From an uncultured cyanobacterium (GTDB lineage Bacteria; Cyanobacteriota; Cyanobacteriia; Cyanobacteriales; CAWUOF01): a stretch of 64,000 bases of DNA. The position numbers and the translations under genes were made by a program. Position 1 is the stretch's first letter. Each line of letters starts with the position of its first letter. Positions 1-10,580 of this stretch are shown here, one piece after another. The notes beneath the pieces were generated by a model. That model saw only the letters and a program-made list of their open reading frames with translations, ran no database searches and was not told the DNA's origin. Location of the stretch: positions 5,568,001 to 5,632,000 of the forward strand of contig CAVUSO010000001.1 of NCBI GenBank assembly GCA_963744145.1, given 5' to 3'.

Positions 1-767
1 TCACCCGGTTGTAACCGATTATATATCCTACTAACCTGGCTGCGAGGAATATAATTAATCCTTAAGCTTTCTAAGTTAGTTTCCATATCCACAATACACT
101 GGTAGGTACTATTACTATTTTTCAGTTGGGGATAACTGTCTTTGTGTTTACTCATAAAATTGAGTTGCTTGGGCAAATTTACCCCTCCTAATTCCTTGGT
201 AATGTTCGCAACGTTACCACGCTTTTGATTATCTGCAATCCAATCAGAAAAATAGTGTAATCGACTGCAATATCCGTTCAGTTTCCCATCACGATAACGT
301 TGGTTTTCAATGTGGTCTACAAAAGTTTCATATTGATAATCTTGCACAGCTACTCCCCGAGCGATCGCGAGAACTGTTTCGACAAATAATACACAGTCAA
401 ATCCAGCTAGAGATACCACCAGCTTTTCTTCTTTAGTTTGATCTAATAACCCTTCTTGATAGGGTGTACCAATTAACTCATCTGCGATCGCTTGCATAAT
501 TTCTCCAAATGGACGATCGCTTAATTTACGGTTAAAAGCTTGAATTACTTTTTGAAAACGCGCTTTATTTTCTGAATTTTCCTGGTCAACTAAAGTGAGA
601 AAATGGCTAGAATTTGGGAAAATTTGTTTAGCGTTCAGGGATTTTTTTTGCTCTTTATAGGTAAAATTAGGCAATGGCTCTATTTTCGCTGAAGCGGGAA
701 AAATAGAGCTTCCGTTATCAACAAAAATTAACCCGACTACGCCCAAACCTAAGATTTTTTTAATCAC
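1..767 (-). CDS. DUF1460 / AmiA-like N-acetylmuramoyl-L-alanine amidase, 3' end outside window
   Basis: Not in the ORF track; manual translation from GTG at 767 gives a signal-like N-terminus and GTPYQEGLLD..LVVSLAGFDCVLFVETVLA..YRDGKLNGYCSRLHYFSDWIADN, typical of DUF1460. Confidence 0.85.
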   Translation of the reverse strand, partial: MIKKILGLGVVGLIFVDNGSSIFPASAKIEPLPNFTYKEQKKSLNAKQIFPNSSHFLTLVDQENSENKARFQKVIQAFNRKLSDRPFGEIMQAIADELIGTPYQEGLLDQTKEEKLVVSLAGFDCVLFVETVLAIARGVAVQDYQYETFVDHIENQRYRDGKLNGYCSRLHYFSDWIADNQKRGNVANITKELGGVNLPKQLNFMSKHKDSYPQLKNSNSTYQCIVDMETNLESLRINYIPRSQVSRIYNRLQPG

Positions 768-852
768 GTCTGCTGGTGATAGCAATGGTATATTATGTTA
801 GCTTATCAAAATTAGCAATCTCATCCTCATCGATCTTGATTTCAGGCTGTAA

Positions 853-2010
853 TTAGTCAACGTGCAACAGGGAATTGGGTCGGATCTGACTAACCGTAGG
901 GAGAATATCAATTTGCCAACCCGTCAGACGAACTGCTAGACGGATATTTTGTTGGTCTTCTCCGATCGCTACAGGTAATTGAGATTCAGGAACAAACACC
1001 ACTGCTTTCTTAGACTCAGGATCGGTAATCACCACCTGATCCACTTGTGCTGGAGTCAGTGCATTAGCAATATAAGTAGCTGGATCATCTGACCAGCGGA
1101 GGATCTCAATATTTTCTCCTCTCAATTCTGCGACTAATGCGAGCAAATGGGAATTTCCCTCACCCAAACAAATCGCAACGGGATCTAAAGCTGGATCGGC
1201 TGTATCGACCGCAATTTTACTACGAGAAGCGATCGGTGTATTTAGAATGGCATCACGTACAGTACCCTTAATCAGGACAATTTCTTGTTGAATTTCTGGA
1301 ACTTCGCTAGTGATCAATCCCGAAACTAAATGAGAACTAGCTCGCGAAACACGTAATAGTGGACCAGAACGAGGTGTTTCAGCTACCCTTTTTAAATAAA
1401 CCTTAAACATCACATTTGGTTCATAATTATCTTTAGGCATCCGTTCATACATAGGTAACTCAGCTTCAACTTCTGGTGTACCTAACCCACTACTGACCGC
1501 AAAAATCACCCCACGTCGATCTAAACGTAATACTCGAGCGGACAGAACACTTCCTTGCAACTGAGCAAAATGTGCTTGTACAATTTTAAATTGTTGCTCT
1601 TGCAGTTTTTGGGTAAGTACCTGTTTAGTTTGTAAAACTGCCAAACGACCAAAATCATCTTGTTTGGGTGTTACATCCACCAGCAAAGTATCCCCTACCT
1701 GAGCCGAAACTGCACTAGAGGGTAGTTTTTTCCAAGCAATCTCCTGATCTGGATTAGTTACCGTTTCCACCACAGTTTTACTAGCGACCACCCGAAAACC
1801 TTCAGCTTTTAAGTCCAGCTTGACTCGAAAATTGGTCAAATCTTCATTTTCTAGTTGGGGATTGTTCATCCCCTTTCCCCGACGATAACGCTGATATCCA
1901 GTCAACAGCGCTTCTTCTAAAACTGCTTGGACTACCAAAAAGGGTAAATTTCTTTCTTTACTCAGACTTTCGATCAACATCTTCAGTCCAGGTAAACTTA
2001 CCATTGACAT
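853..2010 (-). CDS. nusA: Transcription factor NusA, divergent paralog
   Basis: Cyanobacterial NusA N-terminus MSMVSLPGLK, S1 region and RWSDDPATYIANALTPA..AIG..QNIRLAVRLTGWQIDI; KH GxxG loops altered; no rimP/infB neighbours. Confidence 0.85.
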   Translation of the reverse strand: MSMVSLPGLKMLIESLSKERNLPFLVVQAVLEEALLTGYQRYRRGKGMNNPQLENEDLTNFRVKLDLKAEGFRVVASKTVVETVTNPDQEIAWKKLPSSAVSAQVGDTLLVDVTPKQDDFGRLAVLQTKQVLTQKLQEQQFKIVQAHFAQLQGSVLSARVLRLDRRGVIFAVSSGLGTPEVEAELPMYERMPKDNYEPNVMFKVYLKRVAETPRSGPLLRVSRASSHLVSGLITSEVPEIQQEIVLIKGTVRDAILNTPIASRSKIAVDTADPALDPVAICLGEGNSHLLALVAELRGENIEILRWSDDPATYIANALTPAQVDQVVITDPESKKAVVFVPESQLPVAIGEDQQNIRLAVRLTGWQIDILPTVSQIRPNSLLHVD

Positions 2011-2106
2011 AAATATCTTCTCCGCACATACTCTGGCTGTTGGTCTAATTAACTTCAGATCAGTTAAAATAAATTAACAAAATTATCATCGGCTTTAATT
2101 ATCGCC

Positions 2107-2523
2107 TTGAAATTTTCCATGACCGTCATCCCCTCTCCCCAACCTAAATTAATTTTCTATCCCCCTCAAACCGTAGCACGAGCGGAGCGTGCCATGCGTT
2201 GTGCCCCTTTTAAATTAAAATTTCTGATGACCATGCGTTCTACCAGTATTTCTTTAGCTAGTTTAGCTGGTGAATCTGGCTTCACCAATGGATATACTCA
2301 ATCTCCGATCGCTGAATTAACCGTAGAAAGAGCTTTACTCTGGTTAATTCAAGTTGGGATTTTAAGACGAGAAGTAGATGGTCAGGGGATTACTGATAGT
2401 TTTCGTCTAACTCCGTTAGGTCGTCAATTATTAGAAAAATATCACCTGGAACAGGTTATTCCTCCTCCTTCCTTAGCCGATCGCATTCTGAATACCTTAA
2501 GTAAATGGTTCAGACTATGGTGA
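2107..2523 (+). CDS. Npun_F0494-family conserved cyanobacterial protein
   Basis: Motif LLWLIQVGILRREVDGQGITDSFRLTPLGRQ; lies upstream of cobQ as usual for this family. Confidence 0.8.
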   Translation: MKFSMTVIPSPQPKLIFYPPQTVARAERAMRCAPFKLKFLMTMRSTSISLASLAGESGFTNGYTQSPIAELTVERALLWLIQVGILRREVDGQGITDSFRLTPLGRQLLEKYHLEQVIPPPSLADRILNTLSKWFRLW

Positions 2524-2568
2524 TTTGAGATTTGAGATAGTTAATTTAAGGTAAAGTTTAAAAATTTT

Positions 2569-4035
2569 ATGAAAGCAATTATGGTAGTGGGAACTACTTC
2601 CCACGCGGGCAAATCACTGATTACTACTGCTTTGTGTCGTATTCTCTCACGTAATGGTTGGCGCGTGGCCCCTTTTAAGGGCCAAAATATGGCGCTGAAT
2701 TCCTATGTTACTAATAATGGTGGTGAAATTGGCTATGCTCAAGCAGTCCAAGCATGGGGAGCTGGGATCAATCCTGTAGTGGAAATGAACCCAATTTTAC
2801 TCAAACCTCAAGGGGATATGACTTCCCAGGTAATTATTAAGGGTAAAGCGGTTGGTACTGCCAATGCTAGTACCTACTATGAACAATATTTTGACTTAGG
2901 TTGGCAAGCAATTCAAGATTCTTTACGACGGTTAGAAGAAGACTTTGACTTTCTAGTCTGTGAAGGTGCAGGTAGTCCTGCTGAAATTAATCTCAAACAT
3001 CGCGATTTAGCTAATATGCGGATCGCTAAATACTTAAATGCACCAACTTTACTGGTAGTTGACATTGATCGAGGTGGCTCTTTTGCCCATGTTGTTGGTA
3101 CTTTGGAGTTATTAGAACCGGAAGAACGAGATCTAATTAAAGGAGTTATTTTTAATAAATTCCGAGGACAGCGTTCTATTCTTGATCCTGGACTAAAATG
3201 GTTAGAAGAACGGACGGGAATTCCCGTGATTGGAGTTATTCCCTGGATTGAAGAATTATTTCCAGCTGAAGACTCGCTCTCTTTGTTTGAACGAAATGCC
3301 AAAAAACCCCTCAGTGAGCTGACGATCGCTGTAATTCGGTTACCGCGTATTTCTAATTTTACTGATTTCGATCCTTTAGAAGCTGAACCCACTGTAACAG
3401 TTAAATATATCAGTCCCAAAGAATCTTTAGGTCATCCTGACGCAGTGATTATTCCTGGTGCAAAAACTGCGATCGCGGACTTATTAGTAATTCAAAAAAC
3501 TGGGATAGCAGAAGAAATCAAAAACTATGTTACGGCTGGAGGTACAGTAATTGGTATTTGTGGAGGATATCAAATGTTAGGTGAAGCTCTCGCTGACCCA
3601 GACGGATTAGAAGGACAAGAAGGACGTTTTTCTGGTTTAGGTCTTTTACCTGTAAAAACTGTGATTACTCCTCAGAAAATAGTGCGTCAGCGTCAGGTAA
3701 CTTCTAATTATCCTCAATCCGGGTTACCTGTCGCTGGGTATGAAATTCATCAAGGACGTACTGTCGTGATAGATTCTCCTCATATAAACCCTTTATTTGA
3801 TGATCCAAATTTAGGGGTAGTTGATACTAATCAAGCTGTTTGGGGTACTTATCTCCATGGTATATTTGATAATGGAGCTTGGAGACGTGCTTGGTTAAAT
3901 CGTCTCCGTCAACAACGAGGTTTACATTCTTTACCCACAGGAATTGCTAATTATCGTGAAGATAGAGAAGCTACTTTAGATGCTTTAGCTGATATTGTTG
4001 CAGCTAATTTAGATTTAAAATCAATCATTATGTGA
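2569..4035 (+). CDS. cobQ: Cobyric acid synthase
   Basis: GTTSHAGKS P-loop, PFKGQNMALNS, EGAGSPAEINL, glutaminase motifs GICGGYQMLG and GTYLHG. Confidence 0.97.
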   Translation: MKAIMVVGTTSHAGKSLITTALCRILSRNGWRVAPFKGQNMALNSYVTNNGGEIGYAQAVQAWGAGINPVVEMNPILLKPQGDMTSQVIIKGKAVGTANASTYYEQYFDLGWQAIQDSLRRLEEDFDFLVCEGAGSPAEINLKHRDLANMRIAKYLNAPTLLVVDIDRGGSFAHVVGTLELLEPEERDLIKGVIFNKFRGQRSILDPGLKWLEERTGIPVIGVIPWIEELFPAEDSLSLFERNAKKPLSELTIAVIRLPRISNFTDFDPLEAEPTVTVKYISPKESLGHPDAVIIPGAKTAIADLLVIQKTGIAEEIKNYVTAGGTVIGICGGYQMLGEALADPDGLEGQEGRFSGLGLLPVKTVITPQKIVRQRQVTSNYPQSGLPVAGYEIHQGRTVVIDSPHINPLFDDPNLGVVDTNQAVWGTYLHGIFDNGAWRRAWLNRLRQQRGLHSLPTGIANYREDREATLDALADIVAANLDLKSIIM

Positions 4036-4086
4036 TTCATCAAAATCGAACCGATCTTCTACATCCACACTGGGGGGTTTAACCTG

Positions 4087-4323
4087 ATGACAAAAATTTC
4101 TTTTTTACCAAATAATGTTACCATTGAAGCAGAACCAGGAGAGTCAATTTTAGCCGTAGCTCAACGTGCTGGGGTGTTTATTCCTACTGGTTGTTTAATG
4201 GGTTCTTGTCATGCTTGTGAAGTAGAAATTGATGAGGAACTTACTATTTGCGCTTGTATTACTTCTGTCCCAGAAAAGCGATCGCATTTAACGGTTAATA
4301 TCTCTACTGACCCAACCTGGTAA
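4087..4323 (+). CDS. 2Fe-2S ferredoxin-like protein
   Basis: GCLMGSCHACEV..CAC cysteine pattern. Confidence 0.9.
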   Translation: MTKISFLPNNVTIEAEPGESILAVAQRAGVFIPTGCLMGSCHACEVEIDEELTICACITSVPEKRSHLTVNISTDPTW

Positions 4324-4392
4324 TTGCCAGAAATGGATAATAGTTAATTTCCTGATTATTCGAGAAATAATTAATTATTACCCATTCTGAAT

Positions 4393-4839
4393 TTAGGACT
4401 TAGATTGAGCCGCGATCGCATAATCTTTAAACCGATTCAAATCAGCTTGAATTGTCGATTCCACAATTTGTCCTAAAAATAGATTATCCATTAATTGACC
4501 GAGGAAACCAGGAATATGATAAGCTACAGTGAGTCTGACTATGCTACTATCATGTCGATCATAAAAGCGAATAGCACCTCGATTTGGTAAACCATCTACT
4601 GATTCCCATTGAATAATTTGATGAGGAACGTTTTTCAAGATCCGGGAAATCCAAGCAAATTCAAATCCACCACTAGCAAGTTTCCAACGAGAAAGTTCTG
4701 GATGATCTTCTAAAATCTTAACTGATTCAATCCATTTCATCCAACGGGGCATTTGTTCTAAGTCAGACCAGAGATTCCAGACTAAATCAATGGGAACCTC
4801 TACTTCTACCTGGACGCTATGTTCTAACCAATTTGACAT
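4393..4839 (-). CDS. SRPBCC/polyketide cyclase-family protein
   Basis: WSDLEQMPRWMKWIESV..WESVDGLPNRG; usual downstream partner of zds. Confidence 0.9.
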   Translation of the reverse strand: MSNWLEHSVQVEVEVPIDLVWNLWSDLEQMPRWMKWIESVKILEDHPELSRWKLASGGFEFAWISRILKNVPHQIIQWESVDGLPNRGAIRFYDRHDSSIVRLTVAYHIPGFLGQLMDNLFLGQIVESTIQADLNRFKDYAIAAQSKS

Positions 4840-4879
4840 TTTTACTCTCAGAAATAATCAAACAGCCCTGCATATAAAT

Positions 4880-6316
4880 TTATTCTGATTGATTTAAAAT
4901 TGCTTTTGCTGCTTGTTTACCAGAAATTGTCGCACCTTCCATACTATCGATATAATCTTGCTGAGTATAACTACCAGCTAGAAAAAAATTCGATACAGGG
5001 GTTTTTTGGGGAGGACGGTAAAGATCCATACCTGGTGCTTCCCGATAGAGAGATTGAGCGAGTTTGACGACACTATACCAAGTCAGATTGAGTTCCCGAG
5101 CAGATGGAAATAAATCTCGGACTTGTTTAAGTACATGGTCTGCGATCGCTTGATTATTTTCTTTAATAAATGGATCTCCTGGAGTCAAAACCAATTGTAA
5201 CAAAGAACCCTGTCCGGAACGATAATAATTACTAGGGCTAGTTAAGGCTAAATCTGCAAAACAAGAAAAATCTGCATCCGGAGTATACAGCAGATTATCC
5301 ATTCCCGCAGCTTCGGTTAATTGTTGACGCTTTTCGCGATCGTGCAATTCTGTCACCCATCCATCAAATCTTAATTGTACTGTGGCAACGGGAACAGTAT
5401 CTAATTTATAAATATTGTCAAATTCTGCCCATTTGCGCCATTGTGGTGGTAAAATTTTTTGAGTTCCTGGTACATCACAAGCACAAACATAAGCATCTGC
5501 GGTAATAGTTTCTTCTGTTTCACCACTAGCTACTACTATTCCTGTTACCTGAGTTTTTTCATTGTCGTCAGTAAACAAAATCTCTCGGACTCGACGACGA
5601 GTATAGATTTTAGCACCTTTGGCTTCTAAATATTTAATGATGGGTTGATGTAAATATTCATCAGGAGAACCAGTCAGCATTCGTAATACAGATGCTTCAG
5701 TTTTAGCTGCAAAAAACTGGAAAATTGTCAACATACATCGAGCGGAAATATTTTCACAATCAATAAAACCCAAAGCATAAGCGATCGGGTTCCACATTTT
5801 TTTGAGACTACTATTATTACCACCATGTTGACGAAACCAGTCAGCAAAGCTGATCCGATCTAATGCGCGGATGGTTTTCATTGCACCATCAAAGTCAATT
5901 AAACCGCGCACAATGGGACTGGTTCCTAGTGCGATCGCATTTTGGATTTTATCGGAGAGGGACAATTGGGAGGTGGTGAAAAATGCTTTTAATCCATGAA
6001 AAGGGGCTCCTGTGATAAACCGAAAATCTAATTCTCCGGTAATTCCACCGCGATTTACAAATATATGGGTATGTTCTTTTAATTTGAGGTGAGATAATGC
6101 TCCAACTTTTTTCATTAAGTCGAATAATTGATAATAGCAACCAAAAAAGACGTGCAAACCCATTTCAATATGATTACCATCACCATCAATCCAACTACCG
6201 ACTTTACCCCCAACAAAGGGACGGGACTCAAATATTTCCACTTGATGACCAGCATCCACCAAATCGATAGCTGTGGACATTCCTGCTAGTCCCGCTCCCG
6301 CGATCGCAACCCGCAT
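4880..6316 (-). CDS. crtQ: 9,9'-di-cis-zeta-carotene desaturase
   Basis: GAGLAG FAD motif, [29 protein letters not shown]. Confidence 0.95.
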   Translation of the reverse strand: MRVAIAGAGLAGMSTAIDLVDAGHQVEIFESRPFVGGKVGSWIDGDGNHIEMGLHVFFGCYYQLFDLMKKVGALSHLKLKEHTHIFVNRGGITGELDFRFITGAPFHGLKAFFTTSQLSLSDKIQNAIALGTSPIVRGLIDFDGAMKTIRALDRISFADWFRQHGGNNSSLKKMWNPIAYALGFIDCENISARCMLTIFQFFAAKTEASVLRMLTGSPDEYLHQPIIKYLEAKGAKIYTRRRVREILFTDDNEKTQVTGIVVASGETEETITADAYVCACDVPGTQKILPPQWRKWAEFDNIYKLDTVPVATVQLRFDGWVTELHDREKRQQLTEAAGMDNLLYTPDADFSCFADLALTSPSNYYRSGQGSLLQLVLTPGDPFIKENNQAIADHVLKQVRDLFPSARELNLTWYSVVKLAQSLYREAPGMDLYRPPQKTPVSNFFLAGSYTQQDYIDSMEGATISGKQAAKAILNQSE

Positions 6317-6746
6317 TTTCCTTACCTTAATGATTATTTTACCTATTTTAACCTACTGCTTTCTTTTTGGGCGATCGCCGTGCTAATTTTGTCCCAACCA
6401 GAAATTATAGTTTTGTCCAGCACAGTACCCCGGGAAATTTGCCATATTAGCGATCGCTATCCGATGAGAACATAGACAAGGAAATACTATATATACCTAT
6501 GATTTATTACACGCAGAAGAAGAGCCAATGATCATTGTGATGGTCATCATTTTGGTGATATGTGTCACCAAGACAAGTGGGATGCAATCACCTCAATCGA
6601 AAGGAAGAATCACATGTAAGCATAGACCTGGATCATCGTCTGAACTAGATTTTAGCTTCATGATCAGAGCATAGGTGAATCAATCAGTAAACCTAATTCC
6701 TCTAAAAATAATTCTAAAAATATCACCCAAGGAGAACATCAAAGTC

Positions 6747-7427
6747 ATGAATATCAAACTACTCGCCACCTTAACCTTAGTCAGCACCGCAGCTCTTCTA
6801 GTTGCCCAAAAACCCGCCAGTGCGATTAACTTCACCAGTGGTGGTACAGCCGTTAGTGGACAAGGTTTAGAAACCAGTGTAGTTGGGGCTACTACCATTG
6901 ATTTAAACAATGGTTTCCCCACTACCGGAAATGCTACCTTCACTGGCTACAACTCTACTAGCTTAGTTACAGGTGGAAAAGTTAATGACCATGGTAACCC
7001 TGCGGGTGACAACTCCCAATATATGACCATTACTCCAGTTGGCTATAATACCGCAGGTGCTACAGGTAGTGTCACGATTAACTTTGCTAATGCGATCGAC
7101 TACTTCGGAATGTACTGGGGTTCTGCGGATAACTACAACCAAATCTCTTTTTATAACGGTAGTACCCTGTTAGCGACCTACGGTGGTGGTGATTTAGCTG
7201 GAAAAGCCGATGGTAGCTGGACAGGTGCTGAAGCTAACTTCTTTGCTAACTTCTATGCTGACCCTGGTCAAGACTTCACCTCAGTGAAACTTTCAGCCAC
7301 AGGTGTTGCTTTTGAAAGTGATAACTATGCTTACAAAGAAGCTGTTCCTGAACCCGCTACTATTCTAGGAACCATCGGGTTTGGTGCTTTTGCTGCTTAT
7401 TCTCGCAAACGGAAACAACAAGCTTAA
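6747..7427 (+). CDS. PEP-CTERM (cyanoexosortase) surface protein, copy 1
   Basis: AAGGAG upstream of ATG 6747; signal peptide, YFGMYWGSADNYN, FESDN, C-terminal VPEP + TM + RKRK. Confidence 0.9.
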   Translation: MNIKLLATLTLVSTAALLVAQKPASAINFTSGGTAVSGQGLETSVVGATTIDLNNGFPTTGNATFTGYNSTSLVTGGKVNDHGNPAGDNSQYMTITPVGYNTAGATGSVTINFANAIDYFGMYWGSADNYNQISFYNGSTLLATYGGGDLAGKADGSWTGAEANFFANFYADPGQDFTSVKLSATGVAFESDNYAYKEAVPEPATILGTIGFGAFAAYSRKRKQQA

Positions 7428-7455
7428 TTTTTCTGCTAAGTGAAATCTCTATCTG

Positions 7456-7492
7456 AATACCGTGTCTTCAAAGGAAAGATGCGGTATTTTTT
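7456..7492 (+). terminator. Intrinsic terminator (second copy at ~9294-9332)
   Basis: AATACCGTGTCTT..AAGATGCGGTATT hairpin followed by a T-run. Confidence 0.8.
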
Positions 7493-7554
7493 GTGATTGA
7501 AATCATTAATATATTTTGCGATTTTCCTTGAACTGAGTTAAGTTGGAGTGAAAC

Positions 7555-7944
7555 ATGACAAACTATCATATAATATACGATGGCAACTGCAATCTTTGTG
7601 TGACGTTAGTGAAATTGCTAGTAAGTTTAGATCAAGACAAAATATTCCAATATACACCCATGCAAGATGAATTGACATTAAAACAGTTTAGTATTACTGC
7701 CCAAGATTGCGCCATGGGAATGATTTTGATAGATGGTAATACACCAGAAAGACGCTGGCAAGGTAGTAATGCGGCTGAAGAAATAGGTTGCTTATTGCCC
7801 ATGGGTAGTGTTTTTGTAGAGGCTTATCGTGCTTTACCAGGTTTTAAATGGGCTGGCGATCGCATATATGAACAAGTCCGAGATCACCGCTACGCTTTAT
7901 TTGGCCAACGGGACCATACCTATTACTGCTGCACAAAACCATAA
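7555..7944 (+). CDS. DCC1-like thiol-disulfide oxidoreductase (DUF393)
   Basis: IIYDGNCNLC (DxxCxxC) motif; YEQVRDHRYALFG. Confidence 0.9.
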   Translation: MTNYHIIYDGNCNLCVTLVKLLVSLDQDKIFQYTPMQDELTLKQFSITAQDCAMGMILIDGNTPERRWQGSNAAEEIGCLLPMGSVFVEAYRALPGFKWAGDRIYEQVRDHRYALFGQRDHTYYCCTKP

Positions 7945-8584
7945 TCATTATAGCTAATTTTATGGTAATTTCTGCACCAGATATCAATATCATAGTAGAT
8001 ATTTGTGATCGCGATCGCATTTTCGTGGATATTCCCGCTAGTCCTAATAGTCTTGACTAACAAGCAAAAAGCAGAAGTATGATTAATTTGTTTGTCCAAT
8101 GCTTCTGCCCACAACCCAAACGAGATGCTTTATATATATGAGTTTAATTTCCCAGATCAGTTCAGAGGATAGTTATCAATGTTCTAAATCCTCTACAACA
8201 CAATAGTTGTAGTCTGTTTTTAAAGTTACGATGAAATTCTGTAAAGAATCAGTAAAAGTGCTAACGCTTCATTATTCTTAAAAAGCAAATAATTCGCCAA
8301 TCCTTTACAACATAATGCTTTCAGCCTTAATTAAAATTTTATTTAGTGAAAAAATTTAAGTGTATTTAAGATTACATTTAAAGTCAAGATAAAGCAAACT
8401 GTAAAGAGTCTGTAAAAACATCCAAAAGTCGGATCAACGCCAAACAAATGACATACAGTTAAGTTGTGGGAAGAAAAGTTCATTAAAAACTAGACCAAAC
8501 AAAAGTTTTTATGTGCCCATGACCATCAACCTAATAGCTCTAAAAATAATTCTAAAAATATCACCCAAGGAGAACATCAAAGTC

Positions 8585-9265
8585 ATGAATATCAAACTAC
8601 TCGCCACCTTAACCTTAGTCAGCACCGCAGCTCTTCTAGTTGCCCAAAAACCCGCCAGTGCGATTAACTTCACCAGTGGTGGGACAGCGGTTAGTGGACA
8701 AGGTTTAGAAACCAGTGTAGTTGGGGCCACTACCATTGATTTAAACAATGGTTTCCCCACTACCGGAAATGCTACCTTCACTGGCTACAACTCTACCAGC
8801 TTAGTTACAGGTGGAAAAGTTAATGACCATGGTAACCCTGCGGGTGACAACTCCCAATATATGACCATTACTCCAGTTGGCTATAAAAATAGTGGTGCCA
8901 CAGGTAGTGTCACGATTAACTTTGCTAATGCGATCGACTACTTCGGAATGTACTGGGGTTCTGCGGATAACTACAACCAAATCTCTTTTTATAACGGTAG
9001 TACCCTGTTAGCGACCTACGGTGGTGGTGATTTAGCTGGAAAAGCCGATGGTAGCTGGACAGGTTCAGAAGCTAACTTCTTTGCTAACTTCTATGCTGAC
9101 CCTGGTCAAGACTTCACCTCAGTGAAACTTTCAGCCACAGGTGTTGCTTTTGAAAGTGATAACTATGCTTACAAAGAAGCTGTTCCTGAACCCGCTACTA
9201 TTCTAGGAACCATCGGGTTTGGTGCTTTTGCTGCTTATTCTCGCAAACGGAAACAACAAGCTTAA
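8585..9265 (+). CDS. PEP-CTERM surface protein, copy 2
   Basis: Same features as copy 1. Confidence 0.9.
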   Translation: MNIKLLATLTLVSTAALLVAQKPASAINFTSGGTAVSGQGLETSVVGATTIDLNNGFPTTGNATFTGYNSTSLVTGGKVNDHGNPAGDNSQYMTITPVGYKNSGATGSVTINFANAIDYFGMYWGSADNYNQISFYNGSTLLATYGGGDLAGKADGSWTGSEANFFANFYADPGQDFTSVKLSATGVAFESDNYAYKEAVPEPATILGTIGFGAFAAYSRKRKQQA

Positions 9266-9354
9266 TTTCCCGGCTAAGTGAAATCTCTATCTGAATACCG
9301 TGTCTTCAAAGGAAAGATGCGGTATTTTTTTTGTGATTGAAATCATCAGTATAT

Positions 9355-9972
9355 TTAGCTATTTTGCTGCCACTCCTCATAAGAAATACGTGGAAGATAT
9401 AAACGATCTGCTGTACGGCAATAGTAAGACGGAGATCCAAGTCTACCAATTGGAGCAAAACCATTAATATGTAAGCGATCGCCAAGAAGATGATCAGCAA
9501 TATGGAACATAACAACTTGCCCGATTATAAGTGTATAAATTCCTAGGGGTTGTTGACTGTGCAGTACACATTCCAAACTTACTTGAGCTTCAGCTACGCG
9601 AGGAACCTTAACCCGCTTTGATGCGGCTGAATGCAATCCAACCGCAGTGAGTTCGCTTTCTTCTGTCGGAAAATTGGCAGCAGAAATATTCATTGCATTC
9701 AACAAATCTTCTGTTACTAAATTAACCACGAACTCACTACTTGAAATAATATTTGTCGCTGTATCTTTTTTGCTACCATCATCTTTATTGCCGATACTGA
9801 TAATTAGGTATAATGGGTCACTTCCTATTGCATTAAAGAAACTGTATGGTGCGAGATTGATTACACCCTCAGAATTTTGTGAAGTTATCCAAGCGATCGG
9901 GCGTGGAATAATAAGATTTGTCAACAACTTGTAGTTATCTTGAGAAGTGTTTGAGTTTGGATCGATGTACAT
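9355..9972 (-). CDS. Flavin reductase-family protein
   Basis: IIPRPIAWITS..NLAPYSFFN..KKDT..EFVVN..IGRLG. Confidence 0.9.
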   Translation of the reverse strand: MYIDPNSNTSQDNYKLLTNLIIPRPIAWITSQNSEGVINLAPYSFFNAIGSDPLYLIISIGNKDDGSKKDTATNIISSSEFVVNLVTEDLLNAMNISAANFPTEESELTAVGLHSAASKRVKVPRVAEAQVSLECVLHSQQPLGIYTLIIGQVVMFHIADHLLGDRLHINGFAPIGRLGSPSYYCRTADRLYLPRISYEEWQQNS

Positions 9973-10020
9973 GAGGAATAGTCACCTTTTTAATTATCTG
10001 GATATATATTGAATTTGCTG

Positions 10021-10386
10021 TTAATTCATCTTACCTTTAACTACCAGATAAATTGAGCCAGGTAGCCAGAGGATAATAATTTGGGGAAATTTAGAAAAGT
10101 CACCTCGATGAGCGCCTTCAATAAGTGTAAAGACACAACACACTATACTAAATACTCCCAAAATTCGCAAGGTTAGAGGGCGAACTTTAGGAAAAAAACA
10201 GGTACTAGCAATTATCCCAAGCAATCCGAAAATAAAAAAAACTCCTGCAATAAATTTAGGACGCTGATCGGGTGGTAATGCTGCAAATTTTTCTGGTACT
10301 GACATGAATAATAAGATCCCTGCTAAGATGGTGAGGATACCAAGGATATTCCAAGTTGTTTTGCTCATATCTGTCCTAGTTATCAA
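10021..10386 (-). CDS. Hypothetical membrane protein (~4 TM)
   Basis: Four hydrophobic segments; probable start at MSKTTW. Confidence 0.6.
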   Translation of the reverse strand: MITRTDMSKTTWNILGILTILAGILLFMSVPEKFAALPPDQRPKFIAGVFFIFGLLGIIASTCFFPKVRPLTLRILGVFSIVCCVFTLIEGAHRGDFSKFPQIIILWLPGSIYLVVKGKMN

Positions 10387-10580
10387 AAATTTCTTCTAGA
10401 TTATCTTCAGGAAAAAATAGCATAAAAACTTTACATTCTTTATCCTGTAGGTTATTTTTGAAGCGCGATCGCACTCTTATAAAGGCATAATGCGATCGCA
10501 TTTAACTGTCAGATCGCAGAAGATTAGAATACTGACGTTATATTCACGATAATTTTTCAGGTTTTTTCAGAATGGGAATA

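Larger units (their letters stand above)
6690..9356 (+). repeat. ~825-bp direct duplication (6690-7515 and 8529-9356) covering the PEP-CTERM gene and its terminator
   Basis: Near-identical nucleotide sequence; mature proteins differ only at YNTAG/YKNSG and TGAE/TGSE. Confidence 0.95.

Noticed and set aside
2523..2569. Cobalamin riboswitch upstream of cobQ
   Set aside because: The gap is only ~45 bp and has no B12-box
6440..6670. Coding remnant upstream of PEP-CTERM copy 1
   Set aside because: Only short open frames with no recognisable family
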